From Nannocystis bainbridge (GTDB lineage: Bacteria; Myxococcota_A; Polyangia; Nannocystales; Nannocystaceae): a DNA stretch of 64,000 bases. The position numbers and the translations under genes were made by a program. Below are positions 36,272 through 45,734 of the stretch, in pieces; the stretch's first letter is position 1; each line of letters begins with the position of its first letter. The notes beneath the pieces are model-generated. The model made no database searches. It was not told the origin of the DNA and worked only from the letters and a program-made list of their open reading frames with translations. The stretch is from the NCBI RefSeq assembly GCF_028368995.1, contig NZ_JAQNDL010000001.1, positions 288,001 through 352,000 on the forward strand. The letters run 5' to 3'.

Positions 36272-37357
36272 TCACTTCAGCCCGCGCTGGGCCGCCCGCT
36301 TCGGCAGCGCCTTCGGCTCGGCCTGCAGCGCCCGCTCGAGCCCCTCGAGGGCGGCCCCGACGACGCCTGTCCCCGCGGACAGGTTGGCCGTCTCGACCAC
36401 CACCGTCACCAGTTGGTCGCCGGGCCGCCCGCTCTCGGACGGCACCCCTTTGCCGCGCAGTCGCAGCTTCGCCCCCGTCGCCACCCCGGGCGGCAGCTCG
36501 AGCAGCGCCGAGCCCGTCAGCGTCGGCACCGGCACCTTGCCGCCGCGGGCCGCCTCGAACGGGCTCACGAACAGCTCGCAGTGGATGTCCTGGCCCTCGC
36601 GGCGCAGCCACGCGTGCGGGCGCACGCTGACCGTCACGCGCAGGTTGCCGGGCCCGCCGCCGAACTGACCCGGCTCGCCCTGATTTTGGATCACCTTCTC
36701 GGCCCCGCCCTCGGTCCCCGCCGGCAGCCGGACCTTGAACGACCGCGCCTCACGCCTGGCCCCACGGCCGCGGCACGTCTCGCACGGATCGAGCTGGATC
36801 ATCCCCGTCCCGGTGCAGCGGCCGCAGGTCGTGTGGCGGGCCAGGAAGCCCTCGCCCTTGACCTCGCCGCGGCCGTGGCACAGCGGGCAGCCGCTCGGCG
36901 GGCGCCCGCCCGGCTTCGAGCCGGTGCCACCACAACTGGCGCACGACCCCAGCGCCTCGAACTGGATCTCGTGCTCCGACCCCAGCGCCGCCTCGGCCAG
37001 GTCGACCGTCAGCGTGTAGCGGACATCGCGGCCGCGCCGACGCTCGCGGCGCTGACGACCGAACACATCGCCGACCACCGCCGCCAGCAGGTCGCGCGCC
37101 GTCTGCATCGTCACCGGTTGATCGAACAGCCCGACCGGCAGGTGCCGCTGCCCGTCGTACCTGGCCCTCTGGACAGGATCGCTCAGCACCGCGTACGCCG
37201 TGCTGATCGCCCGGAAGCGGTCCTCCGCCTCGATGTCGCCGGGGTGGCGATCGGGGTGGCTGGCCAGCGCCAGGCGGCGGTAGTTGTGCTTGATCTCGTC
37301 GAGCGTGGCGTCGGATGCCACGCCGAGCACCGCGTAGTGGTCTTGGTGCTGCGCCAT
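36272..37357 (-). CDS. dnaJ: Molecular chaperone DnaJ
   Basis: J domain with HPD; four CxxCxGxG repeats; C-terminal LRLRGKG. Confidence 0.95.
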   Translation of the reverse strand: MAQHQDHYAVLGVASDATLDEIKHNYRRLALASHPDRHPGDIEAEDRFRAISTAYAVLSDPVQRARYDGQRHLPVGLFDQPVTMQTARDLLAAVVGDVFGRQRRERRRGRDVRYTLTVDLAEAALGSEHEIQFEALGSCASCGGTGSKPGGRPPSGCPLCHGRGEVKGEGFLARHTTCGRCTGTGMIQLDPCETCRGRGARREARSFKVRLPAGTEGGAEKVIQNQGEPGQFGGGPGNLRVTVSVRPHAWLRREGQDIHCELFVSPFEAARGGKVPVPTLTGSALLELPPGVATGAKLRLRGKGVPSESGRPGDQLVTVVVETANLSAGTGVVGAALEGLERALQAEPKALPKRAAQRGLK

Positions 37358-37376
37358 GAATTTCTCGGTCCCGAGC

Positions 37377-39212
37377 TCAGGAGCTCCCGGTGGATTCGCT
37401 GCCGAGCAGCGCCGCGTAGATCTGCTGCGAGGAGCGCTCGAGGGTCAAGAGGGCCGCCTCGATCGCCGTCGCCGGCGCCGCGGTGGCGAGCAATTCGCGC
37501 AGCGTGGCGACCTCGACCGTGAGCGCCGCCCGCTGCGGCGCCTGCAGCCCCGGCAGCCCCTCGGCCGCCCGCTCGCACGCGTAGGCCAGCGCCTCCGCGC
37601 GATTTCGCAGCAGCGCCGCGTCTTTGCGGACCGCGTCGGCCTGGCGGGCCGCCGCCGCCTCGCGCGCCAGCAGCTCGACCTGCGCGCGGGTCAGCCCGGC
37701 CGCCGGCTGCACCGTCGTCGCCACCTCCGCTTCGGACCCGAGCTCACGCGCCGACACGTGCAAGATCCCGTCGGCGTCGACCTCGAACATCACCTTGATC
37801 TGCGGCAGCCCCCGCGGCGCCTCGGCGATCCCCGACAGCCGCAGGCGGGCCAGCGATTGGTTGTCGGCCGCCATCTCGCGCAGCCCCTGTTGTACGTGCA
37901 CGTCGACCGCCGTCTGACCGTCGATCGTCGTCCCGAACACCTCCGCGCGGCGGGTCGGCACCGTCGTGTTGCGCGGGATCAGCGGCGTGAACACCCCGCC
38001 TTGCGTCTCGACCCCGATGTCGAGCGGCACCACGTCGAGCAGCAGCACCTCCTCGACCTCGCCTGCCAGCACCGCGCCCTGGATCGCCGCGCCCACCGCC
38101 ACCACCTCGTCCGGGTTCGGCGACGTGTTGGGCGCGCGGCCGAAGAACTCCGCCACCGCCTCGACCACCCGCGGCATCCGCGTCTGCCCGCCGACCAGGA
38201 TCACCTCGTCGACCTCACGCGCGCGCAGCTTCGCGTCGGCCAGCGCCCGGCGGCACGGCTCCAGCGTGCGCTGGATCAGCGGCCGCACCAGCCGCTCGAG
38301 CTCGAGCCGCGACAGGCTCGCCTGCAGGTGCAGCGGCCGGCCCGCGGCCGAGGCGATGAACGGCAGCTCGATGTCCGTCGCCAGCGACCAGCTCAGCTCG
38401 TGCTTGGCCCGCTGCGCCGCCTCCTGCAGCTTCACCAGCGCCGGCCGGTCGCGCCGCAGATCGATCCCGTGCTCGCGCTTGAAGCCCTCGGCCAGGTGGT
38501 CGACCAGCGCCGCGTCGAAGTCCTCGCCGCCGAGCAGCGTGTCGCCCGCGGTCGCCAGCACCTCGAACACCCCGCTGCGCAGCTCGAGCAAGGACAGGTC
38601 GAACGTCCCGCCGCCGAGGTCGTACACCGCCACGATCTTCGGCGGCCTGTCCTTTCGGTCAGCCAGCCCGTACGCCAGGGCCGCCGCCGTCGGCTCGTTC
38701 ACGATCCGCTCGACCCGGAGCCCCGCGATCGTCCCCGCGTCGCGGGTCGCCTGTCGTTGCGCGTCGTCGAAGTAAGCCGGCACCGTGATCACCGCACGGG
38801 TCACCGGCTGACCGATCGCCGCCTCGGCCGCGTCGCGCAGCGCCGACAGCACGTGCGCGCCGACCTCCGCCGGCGCGATCGTACGGCCTCCCACCTCGAT
38901 CCACGCGTCGCCTTGCTCGCCGGGCACCACGTCGTACGTCAGCCGCGCTCGCAGGCCCGCGACCGCCGCGAAGCTGCGACCGATCAGCCGCTTGGCCGCG
39001 TGGATCGTCGTCGCCGGGCTGACCGCTGCTTGCCGCCGCGCCAGCGCGCCGACCAGGACCTCCTGGCCGGCGAACGCCACCACGCTCGGCGTCGTGCGGC
39101 TGCCCTCGGCGTTCACCAGCACGCGGACCTCGCCGCCGTCCATCACCGCGGCGCACGAGTTGGTGGTGCCGAGGTCGATGCCGAGGATCGGGCTCGGTCG
39201 CGGACCGGCCAT
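37377..39212 (-). CDS. dnaK: Molecular chaperone DnaK (Hsp70)
   Basis: [55 protein letters not shown]. Confidence 0.95.
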   Translation of the reverse strand: MAGPRPSPILGIDLGTTNSCAAVMDGGEVRVLVNAEGSRTTPSVVAFAGQEVLVGALARRQAAVSPATTIHAAKRLIGRSFAAVAGLRARLTYDVVPGEQGDAWIEVGGRTIAPAEVGAHVLSALRDAAEAAIGQPVTRAVITVPAYFDDAQRQATRDAGTIAGLRVERIVNEPTAAALAYGLADRKDRPPKIVAVYDLGGGTFDLSLLELRSGVFEVLATAGDTLLGGEDFDAALVDHLAEGFKREHGIDLRRDRPALVKLQEAAQRAKHELSWSLATDIELPFIASAAGRPLHLQASLSRLELERLVRPLIQRTLEPCRRALADAKLRAREVDEVILVGGQTRMPRVVEAVAEFFGRAPNTSPNPDEVVAVGAAIQGAVLAGEVEEVLLLDVVPLDIGVETQGGVFTPLIPRNTTVPTRRAEVFGTTIDGQTAVDVHVQQGLREMAADNQSLARLRLSGIAEAPRGLPQIKVMFEVDADGILHVSARELGSEAEVATTVQPAAGLTRAQVELLAREAAAARQADAVRKDAALLRNRAEALAYACERAAEGLPGLQAPQRAALTVEVATLRELLATAAPATAIEAALLTLERSSQQIYAALLGSESTGSS

Positions 39213-39218
39213 CGGCTG

Positions 39219-39779
39219 CTACGACGCTTGGCCTTCGGCCTTGCCGCCGGTCGAGCCGGGGCCCGCGATCACCACGCGAGCCGGGCGCAGCAGGCGGTCG
39301 CCCTGGCGGAAGCCCTTCTCCCACTCGCGCGCCACCACTCCCGGCGGGAACTCGGGCGTATCGATCTGCTGCAGCGCCTCGTGGATCGCCGGGTCGAACG
39401 GGTGGCCGACGCTCGGCACCGGCTCGACGCCGAAGCGGCCGAGGGCGCTCATGAAGTCGTTGACGACCATCTGGATGCCCTTGTGGAGCTGCTCGTTGCC
39501 GCGCGCCAGCTCGAGCGCCCGCCCGAGGTTGTCGACCGTCGGCAGGAACGCGTTCAGCAGGTTCTGCTGGGCCCGGAACACGTTGTCGTCGATCTCGCGG
39601 CGCGTCCGCTTCTTGTAGTTCTCGAGCTCGGCCAGCGCGCGCAGCCACTTGTCCTTGAGGTCGGCCTTCTCGGCCTCGGCCTGCTCGACCCGCTCTTCCG
39701 GAGTGACGACCAACTCGGCCTCCACGGGCGCGCCGTTGCCGTTGTCGCCCGCGTTCTCTTCCTGTGGATCCTGGCTCAT
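39219..39779 (-). CDS. grpE: Nucleotide exchange factor GrpE
   Basis: AELENYKKR, LPTVDNL.RAL, FDPAIHEA, LLRPARV. Confidence 0.95.
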   Translation of the reverse strand: MSQDPQEENAGDNGNGAPVEAELVVTPEERVEQAEAEKADLKDKWLRALAELENYKKRTRREIDDNVFRAQQNLLNAFLPTVDNLGRALELARGNEQLHKGIQMVVNDFMSALGRFGVEPVPSVGHPFDPAIHEALQQIDTPEFPPGVVAREWEKGFRQGDRLLRPARVVIAGPGSTGGKAEGQAS

Positions 39780-39866
39780 GCGGCTCCCGCTTTAAGGCTG
39801 GCTGGCGCGCGAGACAAGCCCGAATCGCGACCTCGTATTCTTCGACCGCGAACCACCAGTGAGGGA

Positions 39867-40934
39867 TCACTCGCTGGTGCGCGCCGCCAGCGCTTGCGCC
39901 GCGTACTCTACCAGAGGGATCGCCGCCTCGTAGTCCATGCGGTCCGAGCCCAGCAGCGCGACCGCGGCCGTGCGCCCGTCCTCGACCGGCTGGACCCGGC
40001 AACCGATGAGGCTCATCCCCGACAGCACGCACGGCCCTGTCGGCCCCAGCCCTGCCAGCGTCGGCCGCAGCTCCGCGGCCACGTGGACCTCCGCGCGCGC
40101 CTGCTCGAGCGTGTGCTCCGGCAGCAGCTGACACAGCAGCTCGGCGAGCCCGTGATAGTCGTCGAACAGCGCCAGCACCTGCGCCAGGGTTTGGTCGCTC
40201 TGGCCCGCCAGCAGCCGTTGCCCGGCGATCTGCACCCACAACGGATCGAGCGCCGCCGCCGTGCACAGCCACAGCCCGATGCGCAGGCTCTCGGCCAGCA
40301 GGCGATCGACGCGCGCCTCGTGTTCGGCCCACAGCCGCGACAGCTCCGCCCGCGCCTCGGCCAGCGTCTTGCCGACGCACAGCCCGCGCAGCCGCTCTTG
40401 CAGCCGCAGCAGACCTCCGCCCTCGGCGAAGCGGGCGTCGATCGTCACCGGGTGCAGCCGCGTGTGCATCCCCGCCAGCGTCAGCGCCACCATCGCCCGG
40501 CAGCCCTGCACCGGCACCAGGTCGACCTGCAGCACCTTGCCGCCGCGGTCCTCGCTGACGAACGTGACCGCCACGCAGCTCGCCACCTCGCTCAGCACCT
40601 GCGCCGCCACCCGCATGCTCTCGGCCCCGTGGACCGGCTCCGACAGCGACACGTCGACCGCTCGCCGCAGCTCCGCCCGCAGCGGCGGCGGCCGCACCAG
40701 CGAGCGCACGTACAGCCGCATCGCCAGCGGCGTCGGCAGGCGCCCGGCCGACTGGTGCGGCTGCGCCACGTAGCCGGCCTCCTCGAGCGCCACCAGCTCG
40801 TTGCGGATCGTCGCCGCCGACCACTCGAGCCCGTGGGCCTGCACCAGCGCCCCCGACGCCACAGCGCGCCCGGTGACGATGTACTCGCGGCACACGGCGA
40901 ACAGGATCCGCTGGCGTCTGGGGCTCAGCTCCAC
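39867..40934 (-). CDS. hrcA: Heat-inducible transcription repressor HrcA (divergent)
   Basis: RQRILFAVCREYI, SAATIRNEL..LEE.GY..QPHQSAGR.PT, G..RMDY; first gene of the chaperone operon. Confidence 0.9.
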   Translation of the reverse strand: MELSPRRQRILFAVCREYIVTGRAVASGALVQAHGLEWSAATIRNELVALEEAGYVAQPHQSAGRLPTPLAMRLYVRSLVRPPPLRAELRRAVDVSLSEPVHGAESMRVAAQVLSEVASCVAVTFVSEDRGGKVLQVDLVPVQGCRAMVALTLAGMHTRLHPVTIDARFAEGGGLLRLQERLRGLCVGKTLAEARAELSRLWAEHEARVDRLLAESLRIGLWLCTAAALDPLWVQIAGQRLLAGQSDQTLAQVLALFDDYHGLAELLCQLLPEHTLEQARAEVHVAAELRPTLAGLGPTGPCVLSGMSLIGCRVQPVEDGRTAAVALLGSDRMDYEAAIPLVEYAAQALAARTSE

Positions 40935-41075
40935 TCGATCCGCATTTACCTCGTCTCGCCCCCGGACGCCAGCAGGCGCGCGCGTGCCCCCCGCAAACCC
41001 GCGCCGACCGCTGTCACCCGCGCCGCCGCGCCCGAACCCCTCGCCCGCCCCGGCCCGCGCGTCCCCTCACCCCAA

Positions 41076-41425
41076 GCCCGAAATCATTCGCCCGTCTCGG
41101 ACTCGCGCCCTCACCCCGCCCCGCGAGCCCGAAATCAGTCGCCCGTCTCCGACTCGCCCGTCATCCCCCCGCGAGCCCGTAATCACGCGTCCGCCCCGAC
41201 TCGCGCCCTTCTCGCCCGAAATCAGTCGCCCGTCTCCGACTCGCACCCATCCCCCCACTCGCAATCACTCGCCCGCCCCACCCGCGCCCCGCTCGGCCGA
41301 AATCAGTCGCCATCACGGATTCACCCCTCACCCCGCTCGCTCGCAATCATTCGCCCACCCCCGACCCGCGCCCCTTCACTCACCGCCTCGCCCGAAATCA
41401 TTCCTCCGCCCCCGCCTCGCGCCCC
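41076..41425. repeat. Eight-copy degenerate tandem repeat, core GCCCGAAATCA(G/T)TCGCCCG, unit 38-51 bp
   Basis: AATCA cores at 41082, 41133, 41181, 41220, 41263, 41301, 41345, 41396. Confidence 0.85.
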
Positions 41426-42442
41426 TCACTTCGCCGCCTTCGCAGCCCGCTTGCCGCTCCTCGCGCGCTCGCGCGTGACCCTCGCCTGCGCCGCCTTCGC
41501 GCCCTTCCCTGGCCTCCGCCCCTCGCTCGCCTTCACCGGCTCGCTCGCCGAGGCCGCGCACAGCGTCGCCAGCCGGTCGACGATCCACTGGTGCGCCGGC
41601 CCGAGGATCGTGTCCGCGCGGTGGATCGCCGCCAGGTGCAGCGTGTGCTCGTCGTCGGCCCACGCCGCCGGGCGAATCGCCACCAGCCGGCCGGCCGCCA
41701 GATCGTCCTCCACCATCGCCGCCGGCAGGTTGCCCCAGCCGAGGCCCGCGCGCAGCAGCGCCTGCTTCGTGTGAAGGTCGGCCACCCGCCAGGTCCGCGG
41801 CGAAAGCACCGCCTGATCGGGCACCCCCGCCTGCCCGCGCTCCGACAGCACCACCTGCACGTGCTCGCCCAGGCGCGCGCCCGCGATCTTGCCGCGCAGG
41901 CGCGCCAGCGGGTGCTCCGCGGCCACCACCGCGATCATCCGGATCGGCGCCAGCGGCCGCCGCTCGAGCCCCGGGGCCACGGCGATCGGCGCAGTCACCC
42001 CGAGCGTCGCCGCCCCCGCCAGCACGCGCGCGGACACGTCGGACATCGTCTCGGTGTCGACGCGCAGCGCCACCGTCGGGAACGCCGCCGCGAATTCGCG
42101 GCACAGCGCCACCAGCACCTGCAGCGGGAACAACGCGTCCACGCACAGCGACACCGCCGGCTCGAGCCCGCGCGCGATCCCGGCTGCCAGCCCGCGCAGC
42201 GCATCGACCTCGCCCGCCACCCGCCGCGCCGCCGCCAGGATCGCCTGGCCCGGCTCGGTCAGCCGCGGCACCCGCGTCGAGCGGTCGAACACCGCCACGT
42301 CGAGCTGGCGCTCGAGGTTGGCGACCGCCTGGCTGACCGCCGACTGGACCCGCCGCAGCCGCCGCGCCGCCGCCGAGAAGCTCCCGGCCTCCGCCACCGC
42401 CATCAGCACCCGTAACTGGTCGAGCGTGACCTCGCCGATCAT
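41426..42442 (-). CDS. LysR family transcriptional regulator
   Basis: TLDQLRVL..VAEAGSFSAAARRL.R.QSAVSQ..LE..L...FDR HTH; GLGWGNLP. Confidence 0.95.
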   Translation of the reverse strand: MIGEVTLDQLRVLMAVAEAGSFSAAARRLRRVQSAVSQAVANLERQLDVAVFDRSTRVPRLTEPGQAILAAARRVAGEVDALRGLAAGIARGLEPAVSLCVDALFPLQVLVALCREFAAAFPTVALRVDTETMSDVSARVLAGAATLGVTAPIAVAPGLERRPLAPIRMIAVVAAEHPLARLRGKIAGARLGEHVQVVLSERGQAGVPDQAVLSPRTWRVADLHTKQALLRAGLGWGNLPAAMVEDDLAAGRLVAIRPAAWADDEHTLHLAAIHRADTILGPAHQWIVDRLATLCAASASEPVKASEGRRPGKGAKAAQARVTRERARSGKRAAKAAK

Positions 42443-42451
42443 CCGCGAAGT

Positions 42452-42490
42452 ATCGCAGAAACTGATGGAAGGCATCACATCTTCAGCGAT
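42452..42490. promoter_or_regulatory. LysR binding boxes (ATC-N9-GAT and ATC-N11-GAT)
   Basis: ATCGCAGAAACTGAT 42452-42466 (T-N11-A) and ATCACATCTTCAGCGAT 42474-42490 between divergent LysR and pirin genes. Confidence 0.7.
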
Positions 42491-42527
42491 TTACAGCATA
42501 AAAACCCGCGTCATGATGGGGCACGTC

Positions 42528-43226
42528 ATGCTCACCCAACGCCTCGCCGACTCTCGCGGCCACGCCGAACACGGCTGGCTCGACTCCCATCACACCTTCT
42601 CGTTCGCCGACTACTACGACCCGGCGCACATGGGCTTCCGCAACCTCCGCGTCATCAACGAGGACCGCGTCGAGCCCGGCCGCGGCTTCGGCACCCACCC
42701 GCACCGCGACATGGAGATCCTGTCCTACGTGCTCGAGGGCGGCCTCGAGCACCGCGACTCGATGGGCACCGGCTCGGTCATCCGCCCCGGCGACGTGCAG
42801 GTGATGAGCGCGGGCACCGGCGTCTCGCACAGCGAGTTCAACGCCTCGCACACCGAGCCCGTGCATTTCCTGCAGATCTGGCTGCTCCCCGAGCGCCGCG
42901 GCCTGAAGCCCGGCTACCAGCAGCGCAGCTTCGGCGCGGCCGACAAGGACGGCCGCCTGCGCCTGGTCGCCAGCCCGGACGGCCGCGACGACAGCGTCAC
43001 TATCCACACCGACGCCAGCATCTACGCCGGTGTGTTCGCCGCCGGCCAGCGCGCCGAGCACCCGCTCGCGTCCGGCCGCCACGCCTGGGTCCACGTCGCC
43101 CGGGGCACCGTCCGCGTCAACGGCCACGACCTCAAGGCCGGCGACGCCCTCGCCCTCTCGAACGAACCCACCGTCACCGTCGAGGGCACCAGCAGCGGCG
43201 AAGTCCTGGTCTTCGACCTCGGCTAA
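42528..43226 (+). CDS. Pirin family protein (YhhW-like)
   Basis: HGWLDSHHTFSFADYYDP, GFGTHPHRDMEI, MSAGTGVSHSE, HFLQIW. Confidence 0.95.
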   Translation: MLTQRLADSRGHAEHGWLDSHHTFSFADYYDPAHMGFRNLRVINEDRVEPGRGFGTHPHRDMEILSYVLEGGLEHRDSMGTGSVIRPGDVQVMSAGTGVSHSEFNASHTEPVHFLQIWLLPERRGLKPGYQQRSFGAADKDGRLRLVASPDGRDDSVTIHTDASIYAGVFAAGQRAEHPLASGRHAWVHVARGTVRVNGHDLKAGDALALSNEPTVTVEGTSSGEVLVFDLG

Positions 43227-43278
43227 CCGAATGTCCGTGAGGACATGCTCCACAGAGCATGTCCTCACGGACAGCTTT
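43227..43278. repeat. 14-bp-period array (4 units) forming a perfect 19-bp inverted repeat
   Basis: TGTCCGTGAGGACATGCTC-CACA-GAGCATGTCCTCACGGACA (43232-43273), followed by a T-rich tract. Confidence 0.9.
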
Positions 43279-43483
43279 ATATTTCGCTTTCCAGCACCCG
43301 GCGAGAACTCCGGGCGAGGAATCCCGAGCAAGGCTCCGAGCGAGGAACTCCGGGTGAGAAGCGCCGCGAGCTCCCAGCGTGGCAGTGGACGCGCGAGGCA
43401 CCGGCGCCGCCGAAGTCGGCGGTCACGAGCACCCACGTCAGATCGCCCCCCTGCGCGCGTAGAGTCCGCGAGAGGCTCCCCGC

Positions 43484-44155
43484 ATGCGGAATTGGCTCGC
43501 GCTCGCCCTCCTCGGCTTCCTCGTCCTCGGCGCCTGGTGGTTCACGCGCACGGCTCCACGTGCGGGCGAAGCCGTGGTCCGGGCCGATACACCGGCCCAG
43601 CCGATCGCCGAGGCTGCGCAGCGGCGGACCCTGCTCGACGACCCCGCGCCCGCGCGAGCTCATCGCCTGCGCGAAGGCACCGCCCGGCGCGAGGCCATGC
43701 AGCGCCAGATCGTCGCCGCCATGGCCGCGCGCGACGCCGCGGCAGGCCCCCCGCGCACCGCCGGCGATCCCGCTCGCGGCGGCCTGGCGCGCGCGCAGCC
43801 GACCGAGGACGCCCCCGCCGGCGCCATCGTCGACCGCACCGGCAACCACGCCTACCTCACTCGCGTGCTGAGCCAGGACCTCATGCCGCTGGTCGACGAG
43901 TGCCACGCGCTCGTCCGCGAGGCGCACCCCGATCTCGCCGGCATGCTCGTGCTCGACCTCGAGCTCCTCGGCGACGAGGACATCGGCGGCGTCATCAACA
44001 CCCTCGAGCCCGGCAAGGGCAACGAGATCGCCGAGCCGGCCCTGCTCGAGTGCGTACGCGAGTCGCTGCTCGCCACCACCCTGCCCCCGCCCGAACAGGG
44101 CGGCCGCGACGCCGTCTCGCTGTCGATGCGCTTCGACCCACCGACGAGCGAGTGA
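43484..44155 (+). CDS. Membrane-anchored hypothetical protein (AgmX/TonB-C-like C-terminus)
   Basis: N-terminal TM; ECH...ECVRESLLATTLPPP pattern. Confidence 0.7.
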   Translation: MRNWLALALLGFLVLGAWWFTRTAPRAGEAVVRADTPAQPIAEAAQRRTLLDDPAPARAHRLREGTARREAMQRQIVAAMAARDAAAGPPRTAGDPARGGLARAQPTEDAPAGAIVDRTGNHAYLTRVLSQDLMPLVDECHALVREAHPDLAGMLVLDLELLGDEDIGGVINTLEPGKGNEIAEPALLECVRESLLATTLPPPEQGGRDAVSLSMRFDPPTSE

Positions 44156-44222
44156 AGACCGCGCCGCCCTGCACCGGCGCGCCTCTCCCCGCCGCCCCGG
44201 AGCACCGAGGCCCGCACGCCGC

Positions 44223-44299
44223 TGACATGACCGCGAGACCATGCCCATGCACCCGCCGCGTCGTGATGTCCGAACGGTCATGTCCCAAAGGACATGACC
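44223..44299. repeat. GGACATGTCC-type units between convergent genes
   Basis: Cores 44226/44240 and 44265, 44279, 44293. Confidence 0.75.
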
Positions 44300-44300
44300 A

Positions 44301-45479
44301 TCACGCCAGCAGGTCGGCTGCCACCGCGTCGTGCCAGTACCAGCGGCCCGGCGCGATCCGCAGCACCTGCCCCTCCGCCGCCCACTCGAGGTTCCCGCGC
44401 GCCACTTGGCGGCGCGTGCGGTGCTCGATCCACCCGCGCGTCACCGCAGGGAACCGGCGCAGGTACGCCCCCACGTCGAGCCCCCGGAGGTCGCGCAGGC
44501 CCGTCCACAGCCCCTCGATCGCCGCCGCCTCCGGCGTCAGGCGCTCCGCCTCCGCCGGCGTGCCCGGGTCCGCCAGCCACGTCGGCAGCCCGCGCACATT
44601 GCCGCGGCGCAGCACCGACCCGTCGGCGAAGTAGCGGGCCGAGTGGGCCGACGGCCCGAGCCCGAGGTAGTCCTGCCACGTCCAGTACAGCAGGTTGTGC
44701 TGTGCCTCCGCGCCTGCGCGCGCATAGCTGGCCACCTCGTAGTGCTGCAGCCCCGCCGAGGTCAGCGCCTGCTCGGCCGCGGCCAGCATGTCGGCCTGGT
44801 GATCGCTGTCGGGCAGGCGTCGCTTGCCGCGGCGGACCAGCGTCGGCCACGGCGTATCGGCCTCGATCGTCAGCGCGTACACCGACACGTGCTCCGCGCC
44901 CGCCTGCGTCAGCCGGGCCACATCGGCCTGCACGCCCGCCGCCGTCTGCCCTGGCCAGCCCACGATCAGATCGGCGCTCACCCGCAGCCCCGCCTCCACC
45001 GCCGCTGCGATCGAAGCCAGCGCCTGCTCCGGCGAGTGGACCCGCCCGAGCGTGCGCAGCCCCTCCGCCTCGGTGCTCTGCGTCCCCAGCGACACCCGCG
45101 TGCCGCCGATCGCCCGCACCGCCGCGTACAGCGAGGGGTCACCGTGCTCGGGGTTCACCTCGACCGTGAACTCGCGCGCCCCGGCCCCCGGGAACCGGCG
45201 CGCCAGCCACTCGCCCAGTTGCGCCAGCCCGGCCGGCCCGAGCAGGCTCGGTGTCCCGCCGCCGAGGTACACCGTCGACCATGGCGCATCGGCCAGGTCC
45301 GAATCGCCAGGTCCTTCGGGACATGTCCATTCCGCCAGCTCTTGCCCCCGCCCGCTCGCCTCGCGCTCGAGCCCGGCGATGAACCCCGCGACGTCCGGCG
45401 TGCGTCCGACCTGGAAGTCGAAGTCGCAGTACGGGCAGGCCCGGGCGCAGAACGGCACGTGGACGTAGATCCCCCGCAT
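44301..45479 (-). CDS. hemW: Radical SAM heme chaperone HemW (HemN-like)
   Basis: YVHVPFCARACPYCDF, GGGTPS, EVNP, RVSLG.Q, YEVASYA, HNLLYW, YLGLGPSAHS. Confidence 0.93.
   Translation of the reverse strand: MRGIYVHVPFCARACPYCDFDFQVGRTPDVAGFIAGLEREASGRGQELAEWTCPEGPGDSDLADAPWSTVYLGGGTPSLLGPAGLAQLGEWLARRFPGAGAREFTVEVNPEHGDPSLYAAVRAIGGTRVSLGTQSTEAEGLRTLGRVHSPEQALASIAAAVEAGLRVSADLIVGWPGQTAAGVQADVARLTQAGAEHVSVYALTIEADTPWPTLVRRGKRRLPDSDHQADMLAAAEQALTSAGLQHYEVASYARAGAEAQHNLLYWTWQDYLGLGPSAHSARYFADGSVLRRGNVRGLPTWLADPGTPAEAERLTPEAAAIEGLWTGLRDLRGLDVGAYLRRFPAVTRGWIEHRTRRQVARGNLEWAAEGQVLRIAPGRWYWHDAVAADLLA
45277..45328. repeat. 14-bp-period units (4 cores) inside hemW
   Basis: Cores at 45280, 45294, 45308, 45322; last is a perfect GGACATGTCC. 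Confidence 0.7.
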
Positions 45480-45653
45480 CGACGCCCTCCTCATGACCCC
45501 GCCGGCGCGCGCCGTCCAGCGACCGCGCGCGCACGGCCGCCCGCCGCGGGTCTGCCCGGCCACCGATCCCTCGGGACCCGCGCCCGCGAGCCCGCCGCCG
45601 CGCAGCAGCCCGGGCCGGCTCGCCGACCCCCCCGGGCCCGCACCTGGCTCCAA

Positions 45654-45719
45654 GAACATGCACTCTCGGCCATGCCCGGGCGGACATGTCCCTTCGGGCA
45701 TGCCCGAGAGGACCTGCGC
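45654..45719. repeat. 14-bp-period array (5 units)
   Basis: Cores 45657, 45671, 45685, 45699, 45713. Confidence 0.9.
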
Positions 45720-45734
45720 GAACGGCCAGCCGGG

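Noticed and set aside
41076-41425. Degenerate CRISPR array
   Set aside because: Repeats are too divergent, linkers are low-complexity C-rich and uneven, and no cas genes are nearby
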